A DNA stretch of 53,874 nt, taken from NCBI GenBank assembly GCA_002780305.1, contig PEVD01000019.1, positions 1 through 53,874 of the forward strand, given 5' to 3'. Shown one piece after another: positions 36,754 through 47,010 of this stretch. The first letter of the stretch is position 1. Every line of letters begins with the position of its first letter. This DNA comes from Candidatus Shapirobacteria bacterium CG03_land_8_20_14_0_80_40_19. GTDB taxonomy: Bacteria; Patescibacteriota; Microgenomatia; UM-FILTER-40-11. Position numbers and translations under genes: made by a program. The notes under the pieces were generated by a model. It worked only from the letters and a program-made list of their open reading frames with translations. It searched no databases and was not told where the DNA came from.

Positions 36754-37449
36754 TTAGGAATATTTTTGGAGCGATTCGATAAGTTTGTCGATTTTGCCTT
36801 CGAGGATGTCTTCGATATGGTGAAATGAATTGTTAATTCGGTGATCAGTGACGCGGTCTTGGGAAAAATTGTAAGTCCGGATTTTTTCGTTCCGCATCGC
36901 CCGGCCGATTACTGTCCGCTGATCGCTCACGGCTGACAACTTTCTTTCTTCTTCAATTTCCCAAAGTTTTGATCTTAAAAGCGAAAGGGCATTGGCCCGG
37001 TTTTGTTCCTGGAATCTTTCCGATTGAGCGCAAGCAACAATTCCGGTTGGTTTGTGGCGCAATCTTACTGCAGTGGAAACTTTCTGCACATTTTGTCCAC
37101 CATGCGAAGAAGCATGGTAAAATTCCCACTCCAAATCATTGGTATTAACCTGGATCTGATTTTCGGGAATTTCCGCCAGCACGGCAACCGAGGCGGTTGA
37201 AGTGTGGATCCGGCCCCTTTTTTCGGTGACCGGAATCCTTTGTACCCGATGAACACCGGCTTCGTTTTTTAAAGCCGGATAAACATTCTCGCCGGAAATT
37301 TTGATAACGGCATCATCAATAAAAGTTACTTTCCAACCTTTTAAAGAAGCGTATTTGCAATACATCCGAAGAAGATCATTAACCCAAATTTTGGCCTCAT
37401 CGCCACCCGGACCGGGTCTAATTTCCAGAGTTATAACGTTGGGGTTCAT
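36754..37449 (-). CDS. prfA: Peptide chain release factor 1, lacking N-terminal domain (231 aa)
   Basis: LEIRPGPGGDEA, EAGVHRVQRIPVTE (PVT motif), GGQ, IRTYNF.QDRVTDHR; follows rpmE. Confidence 0.88.
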   Translation of the reverse strand: MNPNVITLEIRPGPGGDEAKIWVNDLLRMYCKYASLKGWKVTFIDDAVIKISGENVYPALKNEAGVHRVQRIPVTEKRGRIHTSTASVAVLAEIPENQIQVNTNDLEWEFYHASSHGGQNVQKVSTAVRLRHKPTGIVACAQSERFQEQNRANALSLLRSKLWEIEEERKLSAVSDQRTVIGRAMRNEKIRTYNFSQDRVTDHRINNSFHHIEDILEGKIDKLIESLQKYS

Positions 37450-37454
37450 AAGGA

Positions 37455-37766
37455 TTACTTTTGGGTAAGCATCTCTTTTAACGTCTTCGGTTGCCTATCC
37501 TCTGAAGTTTTCCCAATTCTTTTAAGAATTTTTTTCTTTCTTTTGTTGACAATCGGCATGCTCGAAGCGGAAGCCTGTTTTTTCTGGAATTTTTCTACTC
37601 TTCCCAAACTGTCAATAAATTTTTGCTGGCCGGTAAAGAAAGGGTGACAGGCCGAGCAAATCTCAACTCTGATTTCTTCTTGTGTTGATCCGGTGACAAA
37701 ACTGTTGCCGCAGGAACAAATTACTTTGGCGTTCTCGTGCCATACCGGGTGAATATCTTGTTTCAT
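37455..37766 (-). CDS. rpmE: 50S ribosomal protein L31
   Basis: [29 protein letters not shown]. Confidence 0.96.
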   Translation of the reverse strand: MKQDIHPVWHENAKVICSCGNSFVTGSTQEEIRVEICSACHPFFTGQQKFIDSLGRVEKFQKKQASASSMPIVNKRKKKILKRIGKTSEDRQPKTLKEMLTQK

Positions 37767-37778
37767 AAGGGGATTATA

Positions 37779-38681
37779 CTATAAACCAGCTTCCTGCTTC
37801 AAGGCTTGGTTTTTGGACCTGGTTTCACAAACGATCAAGCCAAAAATAATTAAAACCGCCCCGATAATCAAAAAAGGAGTTAATTTTTCTTTTAATAGAA
37901 GTATTGAAATCGGAATTGCAAAAACCGGCTGCAGGTAGGTGAAAACGCTTGCCTCTGAAGCTTCCATCTTGGATAAACCAAAAACGTAAAAAAAATAAGC
38001 AAACACCGAGCTGAACAAGGCCATATAAATTATTCCGGGGATGGCCAGGGGATTGATGGTTGTTTTTTCCAAAGCGAAAAAAGGGAAAATAAAAATTATT
38101 CCGATTAAATAAGAAAAACAGGTTAAAAGAAAAGGGTCGATTTTTTGGTGTTTTTTGGTAAGTAGGGTAAAAACAACCCAGGCCAAAGTGCCAAGAAAAA
38201 TCAAAAAATTTCCTTCTAAATTCAAGTTAGCTGATGGTTTGGTTTCCAGGAGGGGTTGAACAATGGTTAAAACTGTTCCCGACAGAGCCAAAAAGATGCC
38301 GGTTTTTTCTTTCTTGGTGATTTGCTCCTTTAAAAAAACCGCTCCGCCTAGAATAATTAAAATAGGGGAGACAATAGATATCATTGAGGCGCTGATCGCG
38401 GTTGTTTTTTGGATACCCAAAAAAAGTAGGCCTAAATTAAGCGGGGCGCAGAGAAAGCCAAGAAATAAGTATATCGGTAAATCAGACAAATCCGGCTTAA
38501 TTTTTTTAAGTCTCAACATAAAGGGAATAAACACCATAATCGTGGCGGCAAGGAAACGATAAAACAAAAAAGAAAAAGGAGAAATAAACCTGAGAGTGTA
38601 TTTAATAACCGGAGGAGCGATTCCCCAGATTATTGAGGTGGCCAATAAGGCCAGACAGGCATATTTTCTTTCCCTGCTCAT
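37779..38681 (-). CDS. EamA/DMT family transporter
   Basis: About 10 TM helices, IWG..P, LKEQI and LKEKL repeats, YLQPVF. Confidence 0.9.
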   Translation of the reverse strand: MSRERKYACLALLATSIIWGIAPPVIKYTLRFISPFSFLFYRFLAATIMVFIPFMLRLKKIKPDLSDLPIYLFLGFLCAPLNLGLLFLGIQKTTAISASMISIVSPILIILGGAVFLKEQITKKEKTGIFLALSGTVLTIVQPLLETKPSANLNLEGNFLIFLGTLAWVVFTLLTKKHQKIDPFLLTCFSYLIGIIFIFPFFALEKTTINPLAIPGIIYMALFSSVFAYFFYVFGLSKMEASEASVFTYLQPVFAIPISILLLKEKLTPFLIIGAVLIIFGLIVCETRSKNQALKQEAGL

Positions 38682-39955
38682 GAAGTTTGCTTAATTTTTT
38701 TGACCAGATCGGCTTGGAGGATAGTTATTTGTTCCCGAGTTCTTAGATTTTTAAGAACCACCAAGGTTTGTTCCGCTTCGACCGGGCCGATTATAATGAC
38801 GTAAGGAATTCCCTTTTTATCGGCGTATTTAAGCTGTTTATCAATTTTAGCGGTTGGGTCAAGAAAAGTTTCCGCGTTGATGTTTTCTTCACGCAAAACA
38901 TTCGCAATTTTAAGCGATTTATCGTAAAGTTCGGGCGAAAAAACCGTTACTAAAACTTGAGTTTTGTTTATTAAAAGAGTGGGGTATTTATTGTTAGCCT
39001 TTAAAACCCCGGCGATAACCATATCGCCCATGGCAAAGCCAACTCCGGGGATTTTTTGTTTGCCCCCGACATCGGCGACCAAATTATCATACCTGCCACC
39101 TCCCCAAATGGCTCTAAATTCCCCTTTAACATCCCAACCTTCAAATACAGTGCGGGTATAATATTCCAAACCCCGGACAATTCCCGGATCATACTCCACG
39201 TATTCGGAAACACCATATTTTTTCAACAGGTCAAAAATTTTCACTAACCAGGGAGAATCAAGATAGGCGTTTTTTTCTTCCAGTATTTGTAAAATTGCTT
39301 TGGTTTGGTCTTCGGAAAGTCCGTTTTCTTGACCCATTTCAATAAAATCCTCTCTGGTTACTTTGTCTTTTTTATCAGCCAGTCTGAAAACCCTGACCAG
39401 ATTTTCTTCGGGAATTTCGAGGGCCAAAAATCTTTCTTGCAGCACTTTTCGGTCGTTGATTTTAATTTTTACTTCAGTGGGAGTTAAACCGAGTTTTTGA
39501 TAAAGAGTAGCCGCCACCGCAATCACTTCGGCATCCGCCTCCAGATTTTCCGGGCCTAAAATATCGACATCCCATTGAAAAAATTCTCTGGCTCTGCCTT
39601 TCTGGGGTTTTTCGTAGCGGAATCTTCTCCCAAAAGTGAACCATTTAACCGGAAAAGTTAACTCTCTTGCTTTTTGGGCAACCATGCGGGCCAGTGTTGG
39701 CGTCATTTCCGGTCGCAGGGTAAGAGCGTTGCCGGATCGGTCGGCTAAAGTGAAAGCTTGCTTTTTGACCAGTTCCTCGCCGGATTTGGCGGCGTAAAGG
39801 TCCAAACTCTCAATTATGGGGCCTTCGTATTCCTGGAATCCGAAAAGCTCGGCCACTTCCTTAAATTTTGAATACAGCCAATTTTGGAAAGCCTGATCCT
39901 GTGGATAAAAATCCCGCGTGCCTTTAACGGGTTGAATTAAATTTGAGCTTGACAT
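38678..39955 (-). CDS. hisS: Histidine--tRNA ligase
   Basis: KGTRDF, LRPEMTP, RYEKPQKGRAREF.Q, RGLEYYT, GGGRYD. Confidence 0.97.
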   Translation of the reverse strand: MSSSNLIQPVKGTRDFYPQDQAFQNWLYSKFKEVAELFGFQEYEGPIIESLDLYAAKSGEELVKKQAFTLADRSGNALTLRPEMTPTLARMVAQKARELTFPVKWFTFGRRFRYEKPQKGRAREFFQWDVDILGPENLEADAEVIAVAATLYQKLGLTPTEVKIKINDRKVLQERFLALEIPEENLVRVFRLADKKDKVTREDFIEMGQENGLSEDQTKAILQILEEKNAYLDSPWLVKIFDLLKKYGVSEYVEYDPGIVRGLEYYTRTVFEGWDVKGEFRAIWGGGRYDNLVADVGGKQKIPGVGFAMGDMVIAGVLKANNKYPTLLINKTQVLVTVFSPELYDKSLKIANVLREENINAETFLDPTAKIDKQLKYADKKGIPYVIIIGPVEAEQTLVVLKNLRTREQITILQADLVKKIKQTS

Positions 39956-39993
39956 TTTTATTTCTTTATGATATATTCAAAACAGAATAAACT

Positions 39994-40022
39994 TTCCCTC
40001 GAGCAGTCGAGGGAATTTTTTT
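39994..40022. terminator. Terminator-like hairpin
   Basis: TTCCCTCGA-GCAG-TCGAGGGAA flanked by A/T runs. Confidence 0.5.
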
Positions 40023-40136
40023 ATAGTTATTTTCTCTCTAAAACCTCTCTTAATTTCTTAAGATTTATATACTTGTCACAATTTTTAATTAGTTCGATAT
40101 ATCGAATATTACCATTTTTTAACAAAATTTGGAAAG

Positions 40137-40832
40137 TTAGGGAAGCAGGAAGACTGTTTTGGCCAGGGGGATTTTACCCTCCGCCGTTTCCGGGTAAACA
40201 ATTATCATTTTTTGCCCTACTTTAAAATCGCTGAATTTTAGAACAACTTTTTGGTCTTTTTGGTTGACCAAGTAAGAAGTCTTGTCAATTTTTACCTGAA
40301 AAGTTTGAAAAGAAAGGGTGAAAGTCTTGCTGTTGGCTTCGGTAATCGTGCCGTAAAAGATTAGTTTTTTGGCTGGAATTGTTTTCGGCGGGGCGATAAC
40401 GGTGATTCTTTGAGCCTCGAGAGTTTCGTTTGCATCCGGTTCGCCCAGAGCGATGATTTTATCGTCTAAGGCCAAATCTTTCGTTAAGATTTCTTTTTTG
40501 TTTGTTCCGACAATAACGGTATCATCAATAATCCTGACCCTTTGTTTACCGCGGAAATTGGTCAACGTTAGGGTTGAATCGGTAATTTCCAAAATATTTC
40601 CGACATAAGCCTTTTTCTCAATTTTTTCTTTTATTTCCGTCAGCTGGTCTTTGATCGCCTGTCTTATTTCTAAGACTTTTTCTTCTTCCGGTCCGGTTGG
40701 CCCGCCCTGAATCGCCGAAGGCGAGGCAGGAGCGATAGTCGCCGAAGGGGAAGCGGTTGGAGTGGCCGCCATAACAGGGGAATAAAAAATAAAAAATAAA
40801 AGATAAAAAATTATAATTCGAGTTTTGTTCAT
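40137..40832 (-). CDS. Secreted hypothetical protein (two OB-like beta repeats)
   Basis: Signal peptide, Ala/Pro/Ser linker, two G.I.E......TL repeats. Confidence 0.72.
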   Translation of the reverse strand: MNKTRIIIFYLLFFIFYSPVMAATPTASPSATIAPASPSAIQGGPTGPEEEKVLEIRQAIKDQLTEIKEKIEKKAYVGNILEITDSTLTLTNFRGKQRVRIIDDTVIVGTNKKEILTKDLALDDKIIALGEPDANETLEAQRITVIAPPKTIPAKKLIFYGTITEANSKTFTLSFQTFQVKIDKTSYLVNQKDQKVVLKFSDFKVGQKMIIVYPETAEGKIPLAKTVFLLP

Positions 40833-41260
40833 ATTTCGGCGGTACTATAAACAACAGTCAGGGTTTTGCTGATTTGAGTTCCGTCCGGCTCAATAGCGGT
40901 GATAATAATTTCGTTTTCGCCGGAAACCAGAAGCAAATCGGTTTGGAAGTTTCCTTTTTCATCTGACTGAACCACCTTTTCCCCTTTTTCGCCCATAATC
41001 AAAATCCAAGAAAGGGGAGAATTGGAGCCGACGATAGTCGTTTTTCCGTCTTGAGAAATTGATTGGTCTATCGGAGAAATGATTTTTAAAGATTTTTCAA
41101 AGGCAGGACTGGTTTGGGTTAAAATCTCATTATTATTGGCAAGCGGACTGAGTATCTCGTTGCCCGCGTTTCTTCCTAATTGTGATTTATAAATAAAGAA
41201 GGTTAAGACCAAGCCGATGACAAATCCGATAGTAATAGCCAAGATAACTTCTTTTTTCAT
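40829..41260 (-). CDS. Membrane-anchored Ig-like hypothetical protein
   Basis: N-terminal TM, DEKGNF...L..GENEIIITA pattern. Confidence 0.75.
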   Translation of the reverse strand: MKKEVILAITIGFVIGLVLTFFIYKSQLGRNAGNEILSPLANNNEILTQTSPAFEKSLKIISPIDQSISQDGKTTIVGSNSPLSWILIMGEKGEKVVQSDEKGNFQTDLLLVSGENEIIITAIEPDGTQISKTLTVVYSTAEI

Positions 41261-41326
41261 GCTGGCCTATGATATTTTAAAGAATTGTTATTGTCAAGAA
41301 TAACCAATCAATGGTAAAATCAATTT

Positions 41327-41980
41327 ATGGAAGTTATATATCTGGGTCATTCTTCTTTTAAATTTCGGGGTAAGTCCGTAACGGTAGTGACCGATCCTTA
41401 TGATCCGGAATATGTGGGTCTAAAATATCCGAAAACCGAAGCCGATATTGTGACCGTTTCTCATGATCACCCGGATCATAATTTTATTTCCATTGTCGGA
41501 GGGGGGCCTTTTGTCATTAGCCAGCCGGGGGAGTATGAGATTAAAGGTGTTTCTATTTTTGGCTTTTCTTCATATCACGATGACAAACAGGGAGCGGAAA
41601 GAGGAAAAAATATTATCTATTTAATTGAAGTTGACGGGTTTAGAATTTGCCACTTGGGAGATTTAGGGGAGAGACTGTCTTCTGAACTGATTGAAGAAAT
41701 CGGTACTGCCGATATTTTATGCATTCCGGTCGGTGGGAAAGTCACTTTGGGGACGAACGAAGCGGTTGAATTGACTGCCCAGATTGAACCGTCGATTGTT
41801 CTCCCGATGCACTTTAATCTACCCGGTATAAATCAAAAGATTTTCGGAGATCTTAACCCGGTTGATGAATTTTTGTCAAAAATGGAAGTTGAAGATAAAA
41901 CTGTTTTGGATAAGCTGAGCATTTCAAAAGATAAACTGCCCGAAGAAACCAAAGTAGTAATTCTTGAGAGAAAAGGTTGA
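41327..41980 (+). CDS. MBL-fold metallo-hydrolase
   Basis: YLGHSSF, TDPY, SHDHPDH, HLGDLG, PMHF. Confidence 0.9.
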   Translation: MEVIYLGHSSFKFRGKSVTVVTDPYDPEYVGLKYPKTEADIVTVSHDHPDHNFISIVGGGPFVISQPGEYEIKGVSIFGFSSYHDDKQGAERGKNIIYLIEVDGFRICHLGDLGERLSSELIEEIGTADILCIPVGGKVTLGTNEAVELTAQIEPSIVLPMHFNLPGINQKIFGDLNPVDEFLSKMEVEDKTVLDKLSISKDKLPEETKVVILERKG

Positions 41981-41982
41981 AA

Positions 41983-44595
41983 ATGGCAGACTTTAAAGTT
42001 CCTCCACATTCTAATGAGGCAGAGGCTTCGGTATTAGGCGCGATCTTAATTGATAAAGACGCGGTTATTTCCGTGGCTGAGTTTTTGCGTCCGGAACATT
42101 TTTACGACGAAAGAAACGGAAAAATTTACAAAGCAATTTTGGATTTATATGAGGAGCGTTCACCCGTTGATATTGTCACTTTAACGGACAAGCTTAAAAA
42201 AAACCGGGATTCAAGTAAGGTCGGCGGGACGGCTTATTTAACAGAGTTGATTAATAGTGTTCCCACTTCGGCTAATGCGGAAAAATACGGCCAGATTATC
42301 AAAGACTCTTTTTTAAAAAGAGAACTTATTTCCGCCTCTTCAAAAATTGTGGAGGTTTCTTTTGACGAGGGAACCAGCGCCGGTCAGGCTTTGGACAAGG
42401 CGGAATCGGCGATTTTTTCGCTGTCCCAAAGACATTTAAGACAAAGTTTTATTCCGATAAAAGAAGCTCTGGCAGAAAGTTTTGACCGTTTGGACGAACT
42501 TCATAAGGCATCCGGCGGATTGCGTGGTGTCCCAACCGGTTTTAAAGACTTAGATAATGTTCTTGCCGGACTACAGTCCTCCAATTTGCTTATTTTGGCC
42601 GCCCGTCCGGGAATCGGAAAAACTGCCCTTAGTCTTAATATCGCCCGGTCGGTGTCGGTTGATTATAAAATTCCGGTGGGAGTTTTTTCGCTTGAAATGA
42701 GTAAGGAAGAATTAACTGACCGGCTTTTGGTCAGACAATCGGAAATTGACGCTTGGAAGCTGAAGACTGGCCGGTTGGAGGAAGAGGACTTTACCCAATT
42801 TTCCGAAGCGATGGGAGTTTTGGCCGACGCTCCGCTTTTTGTTGACGATACTCCCGGTATTTCTATTTTGGAGATGAGAACTAAGGCCAGACGGTTGCAG
42901 GTGGAGAAGGGTCTTAAACTTCTGATAGTCGATTATCTGCAGTTGATTAGGGGCAGGAATTTAGAAAACCGGGTCCAGGAAGTTTCCGAAATTTCCATGG
43001 GTTTGAAAAATCTGGCCAGAGAACTTAAAATTCCGATCGTTTGTGTTTCCCAGCTGTCGCGGGCGGTTGAAATTCGGGGAGGGTCAAGACCGAGACTGGC
43101 TGATTTGCGAGAGTCGGGGTGTCTTGCAGGAGAAACCTTGGTAATGAACGCGGATACGGGAGAAAGGATTCCTATTGTAAAACTTTTTAATGGCGAGAAA
43201 ACATTGCCGATGAAGGTTCTTGCTTTAGATAAAGACTTAAAGGTAAAACCTTTTAAAATGATCAAAGTTTTCTCTTCGGGAAAGAAAAAACTGTTTGAGT
43301 TAAAGACAAAAAGCGGCCGGGAAATAAGGGCAAGCGCCAATCATCCCTTTTTGAAAATAGGGGGGTGGATACCGTTGGAAAATTTGAAGGCAGGAGATTT
43401 TATTGCTTTTCCCAGGATTTTAAAAATCAGTAATAACAAATTAAATAATCTTAACAGAGACGAGCTGGCTTTACTTGCCCATTTGTTGGGGGATGGTTGC
43501 ATTTTACCCGACCAACCCTTCCATTATACCAGTGCCGACGGGGTGAATCTTGGGATTGTCCAAAAGGCGGCTTACCGTCTTTTTAAAATCAATTCCCGGT
43601 TAGTCAAACAAAAAAATTGGTTTCATCTTTATCTTCCGAGTCCTTTTCCATTAGCACCGGGTCGGCCTCACCCCATCACAAAGTGGTTCAAGGAGTTAGG
43701 GATTGAATTGGTTCATTCCTGGGAAAAAAGAATTCCTGAAAAAGTTTTTAATTCAACCGAAGAAGACATTGCCTTGTTTTTAAAACATTTATGGTCAACT
43801 GATGGAAACATCAGTTGGAAATGTTTAAAAGGCAGAAAGCCCGCCGGGGCAATCTATTATGCCTCTTCCAGCGAACTGCTGGCGAGGCAGGTACAACACC
43901 TTCTTTTAAGGCTCGGAATTCAGACTACTTTTTCAAAAAGAGAAGACAAAAGAGGAAATTATCGGAAAATGTTTTTAGTTTCTGTTCAGGGGGCGCCCAA
44001 TCAGCTGAAATTTTTAGAAAAAGTGGGAGCAGTCGGGGGTAAGGGAGAAATAATTCCCAAGTTAATAATCAAACTTAAAGAGATTGATCCCAATCCAAAC
44101 AACGATATTATTCCCAAAGAAGTTTGGGAATTAGTGATTAAGCCAAATAAAGAAAAATTAGGATTGTCGTGGAGGGAATTTGCAGTGAAAATGGAGATGT
44201 CATATTGTGGTTCGAGTTTGTTCAGAAACGGTATCTCCCGGGAAAGGATGGAAAGAATTCATTCTTTTCTTAAGGATAAGGAAATATTTGATTTTGCGAC
44301 CTCTGATATTTATTGGGATAAAATTGTTTCGATAAAAGAATTGGGAATGGAAGAAGTATATGATGCCACCATGGAAGGTGTTCACAATTTTGTCGCCAAC
44401 GACATAGTAGTTCATAACAGCATCGAACAGGATGCGGACGTGGTCATGTTTTTATATCGGGAAGATGAGGAAAATCCGGAGAATGTAACCTTGGAAATTG
44501 CCAAGCATCGCAATGGTCCGACGGCAGCAATCAAACTAAGATTTGTCGGATCAAGGATTTCTTTTTACCCCATGGATACTAAAAGAGAGAAGTGA
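41983..44595 (+). CDS. dnaB: Replicative DNA helicase with intein
   Basis: PPHSNEAE, ARPGIGKT, FSLEM, DYLQL, SQLSR, DLRESG|intein|SIEQDAD, KHRNGP. Confidence 0.97.
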   Translation: MADFKVPPHSNEAEASVLGAILIDKDAVISVAEFLRPEHFYDERNGKIYKAILDLYEERSPVDIVTLTDKLKKNRDSSKVGGTAYLTELINSVPTSANAEKYGQIIKDSFLKRELISASSKIVEVSFDEGTSAGQALDKAESAIFSLSQRHLRQSFIPIKEALAESFDRLDELHKASGGLRGVPTGFKDLDNVLAGLQSSNLLILAARPGIGKTALSLNIARSVSVDYKIPVGVFSLEMSKEELTDRLLVRQSEIDAWKLKTGRLEEEDFTQFSEAMGVLADAPLFVDDTPGISILEMRTKARRLQVEKGLKLLIVDYLQLIRGRNLENRVQEVSEISMGLKNLARELKIPIVCVSQLSRAVEIRGGSRPRLADLRESGCLAGETLVMNADTGERIPIVKLFNGEKTLPMKVLALDKDLKVKPFKMIKVFSSGKKKLFELKTKSGREIRASANHPFLKIGGWIPLENLKAGDFIAFPRILKISNNKLNNLNRDELALLAHLLGDGCILPDQPFHYTSADGVNLGIVQKAAYRLFKINSRLVKQKNWFHLYLPSPFPLAPGRPHPITKWFKELGIELVHSWEKRIPEKVFNSTEEDIALFLKHLWSTDGNISWKCLKGRKPAGAIYYASSSELLARQVQHLLLRLGIQTTFSKREDKRGNYRKMFLVSVQGAPNQLKFLEKVGAVGGKGEIIPKLIIKLKEIDPNPNNDIIPKEVWELVIKPNKEKLGLSWREFAVKMEMSYCGSSLFRNGISRERMERIHSFLKDKEIFDFATSDIYWDKIVSIKELGMEEVYDATMEGVHNFVANDIVVHNSIEQDADVVMFLYREDEENPENVTLEIAKHRNGPTAAIKLRFVGSRISFYPMDTKREK
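43120..44418 (+). mobile_element. 433-aa intein with LAGLIDADG homing endonuclease
   Basis: Starts CLAGETLV, block B SANHPF, LLAHLLGDG and FLKHLWSTDG motifs, ends VHN followed by Ser. Confidence 0.95.
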
Positions 44596-46124
44596 AACAC
44601 CCAAACAAACTTCATTTATTTCTGACGGTTTTTCTCTTAATTTTGGTCGGTTTTTTGGTCTCAGAAAAAATTAATCTCTTTACCGCTGATTTAGGGAGAC
44701 ATATTAAAAACGGGGAGATGATTTTAAGCGGTAATTTCAGCTCGGTTTTATCAACAAATTTTTATTCTTATACTTATCCTGATTTTCCGTTTGTTAATCA
44801 TCACTGGGGGAGTGGGGTTGTTTTTTGTCTTGTTCACCGTTTTTTGAGTTTTATCGGTTTATCTATTTTTTTTGTTTTGGTGATCGTTTCAACTCTTTGG
44901 CTGTTTTTTGACACTGCCAAGAAAAATTCAAATTTTACAGTTACCTTTTTTTCTTCAATTCTGTTTTTGCCGCTTATTGTTTACCGCCGGGAAATCAGGC
45001 CGGAAATTTTTTCCTACTTTTTCTGCGCCCTTTTTTGGTGGATACTTTCCGGGGTAAAAAACAAAAGAATCGCTGAAAAATGGCTCTTTATTCTTCCGGC
45101 GGCGCAAATTATCTGGATTAACCTCCATGTTTATTTTTTCTGGGGTTTTATACTGACAGGCTTGTTTTTAATGGAAAGTTATTTTGAAAATAAAATTTTT
45201 TTTAAAAAATTATTGGTGATTTTCGGCTTTTTATTTTTGACTTGCTTGGTTAATCCTGCCGGTTATAAAGGTCTTTTTTACCCTTTAAATATTTTTAAAG
45301 ACTATGGTTACCGGGTACTTGAAAATCAGACTGTTTTGTTTATTGACCGTGTTTTTGGTAAGTACCCGCCTAATTTATACTTCAAGATTGCCTTTACGGC
45401 TCTATTGGTAAGTTGGGTTTTGGCGCTGAAGAAAAAAAACGTTTCCATCATAAATTTTTGCCTTTTTTTGCTTGTTTCGTATCTTGGCTGGTCAGCCATC
45501 AGAAATTTTACCGTTTTTGCTTTTTTTGGTTTGGGGATTATGGCCGAAAATATCAACAACATTGATTTTCTAAAATTTAGACAAAAAGAAAAAGAAATTT
45601 TTGTAAACATCTCTTTGGGTGTGTTTGCTTTATTTATTCTTTTTATTCTTGATTCCCATTATTGGCTGGCCAGAAACCTTGGTTGGGGAGTGGATAAGAA
45701 CACACAAACGGCCATAAATTTTTTCCGGCAAAATAATTTAGAAGGACCAATTTTTAATAATTATGATATAGGCGGTTATTTAATTTATTATCTATTTCCA
45801 AATGAAAAAGTTTTTGTTGATAATCGGCCGGAAGCTTATCCGACGGAATTTTTTACTGACACATATGTTCCGATGCAGGAAAACCAAACAATTTGGGAAG
45901 AAGTTGACCAAAAATATGGTTTTAACGCCGTCTTTTTTTACCGCAATGACCTGACTCCGTGGGGGCACCAATTTTTAGTGGCCATGATCCAAAATTCTCA
46001 GTGGGCGCCGGTTTTTGTTGATCAAAACTCAATTATTTTTCTTAAACGAAATGAACTAAACCAGCCGATAATTAAAAAATTCGAACTGCCGAAAGAGATG
46101 TTTCAAATCAAAAAGGCTGATTAA
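44592..46124 (+). CDS. Polytopic membrane protein, GT-C-like
   Basis: DLGRHIKNGE, NHHW, RPEIFS, WINLH, FNNYDIGGYL, FVDNRPEAY. Confidence 0.75.
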   Translation: MKHPNKLHLFLTVFLLILVGFLVSEKINLFTADLGRHIKNGEMILSGNFSSVLSTNFYSYTYPDFPFVNHHWGSGVVFCLVHRFLSFIGLSIFFVLVIVSTLWLFFDTAKKNSNFTVTFFSSILFLPLIVYRREIRPEIFSYFFCALFWWILSGVKNKRIAEKWLFILPAAQIIWINLHVYFFWGFILTGLFLMESYFENKIFFKKLLVIFGFLFLTCLVNPAGYKGLFYPLNIFKDYGYRVLENQTVLFIDRVFGKYPPNLYFKIAFTALLVSWVLALKKKNVSIINFCLFLLVSYLGWSAIRNFTVFAFFGLGIMAENINNIDFLKFRQKEKEIFVNISLGVFALFILFILDSHYWLARNLGWGVDKNTQTAINFFRQNNLEGPIFNNYDIGGYLIYYLFPNEKVFVDNRPEAYPTEFFTDTYVPMQENQTIWEEVDQKYGFNAVFFYRNDLTPWGHQFLVAMIQNSQWAPVFVDQNSIIFLKRNELNQPIIKKFELPKEMFQIKKAD

Positions 46125-46463
46125 TAATCAAAGGTTGAAGGACAAGGAAATTGAAGATGAGATTTTTTGTCTGCCACCACTGTCCCTTGTCCGCGAAAAT
46201 GTGCTATTTCAGCGCTTCGGTATTCAATTGAAATTTCGGGTCTTTCTCGAGACGAATTTGAGTTGAGGCAGTATTATTTCAGATTGAAAAGTTTGGTCCT
46301 GGGAGAACCCCCCGGGATTTCAAATATGTAGAAGAGGAAAGCTCTCCGGATACATATTGTAAATGGACGGAAGAACAAGGACCGCCACCACCGGGAATTG
46401 ACGGTTATACTTGGTATGGCCGTTACAATAATTGGGGGCCCTGATTGACTCCTGCAATTTTTG

Positions 46464-46547
46464 TGCCGAGAGAGGGAGTTGAACCCTCACGAGCTTTTGG
46501 CTCATGGCTTTTTGAGAGCCACGCGTCTGCCATTCCGCCACCCCGGC
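46464..46547 (-). tRNA. tRNA-Leu(CAA)
   Basis: GCCGGGGTGGCGGAATGGCAGACGCG-TGGCT-CTCAAAA-AGCCA-long variable arm-GAGGGTTCAACTCCCTC-TCTCGGCA; CCA not encoded. Confidence 0.95.
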
Positions 46548-46655
46548 TTTTTGTTTAAACAGAGCTTATTTTAACAAAATAATTAAACGAAGTAAAATTG
46601 AAATAATTGTGTTACAACCAAGAAAATATCTGCCCCAAAGGAGGTGAAAAAATAA

Positions 46656-47010
46656 ATGCCAGAAAGAACGAAAGGACATAGGATGGTTTTTGGTCCCAAC
46701 TTTGATAGATTATTAGAAAAGACAGTCAAACAAGGATTGGAAAATTACAAAAAGAGGTCAATCTTTTGCTGGAGATGTAAGTCGTAAAGAATTAGAATCA
46801 ATGTTTGAAATAGCAGATAGTTATTCTGCAATAGTCAATATTCTCGATCAAAAAGTAACCACTGACGGTATACTTTATGGGGTAGAAGTTAAGATTGAAG
46901 ATCCCGAAAAAGTGGAAAGTTATTGGAGAGAAGTGTTGTTCGGATTGCCTACAAAATGTACGCTTACATTGCACCCGACCCTGAATTGGAAAGGGTACTA
47001 CAAGAAGTAA
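46656..47010 (+). pseudogene. Possible frameshifted small gene next to the tRNA
   Basis: Strong SD AAAGGAGGTGA and ATG 46656 open a 43-codon ORF overlapping the open frame of ORF 46801..47010. Confidence 0.35.

Noticed and set aside
46320..46541. 73-aa ORF MAEWQTRGSQK...
   Set aside because: Shadow translation of the tRNA-Leu gene.
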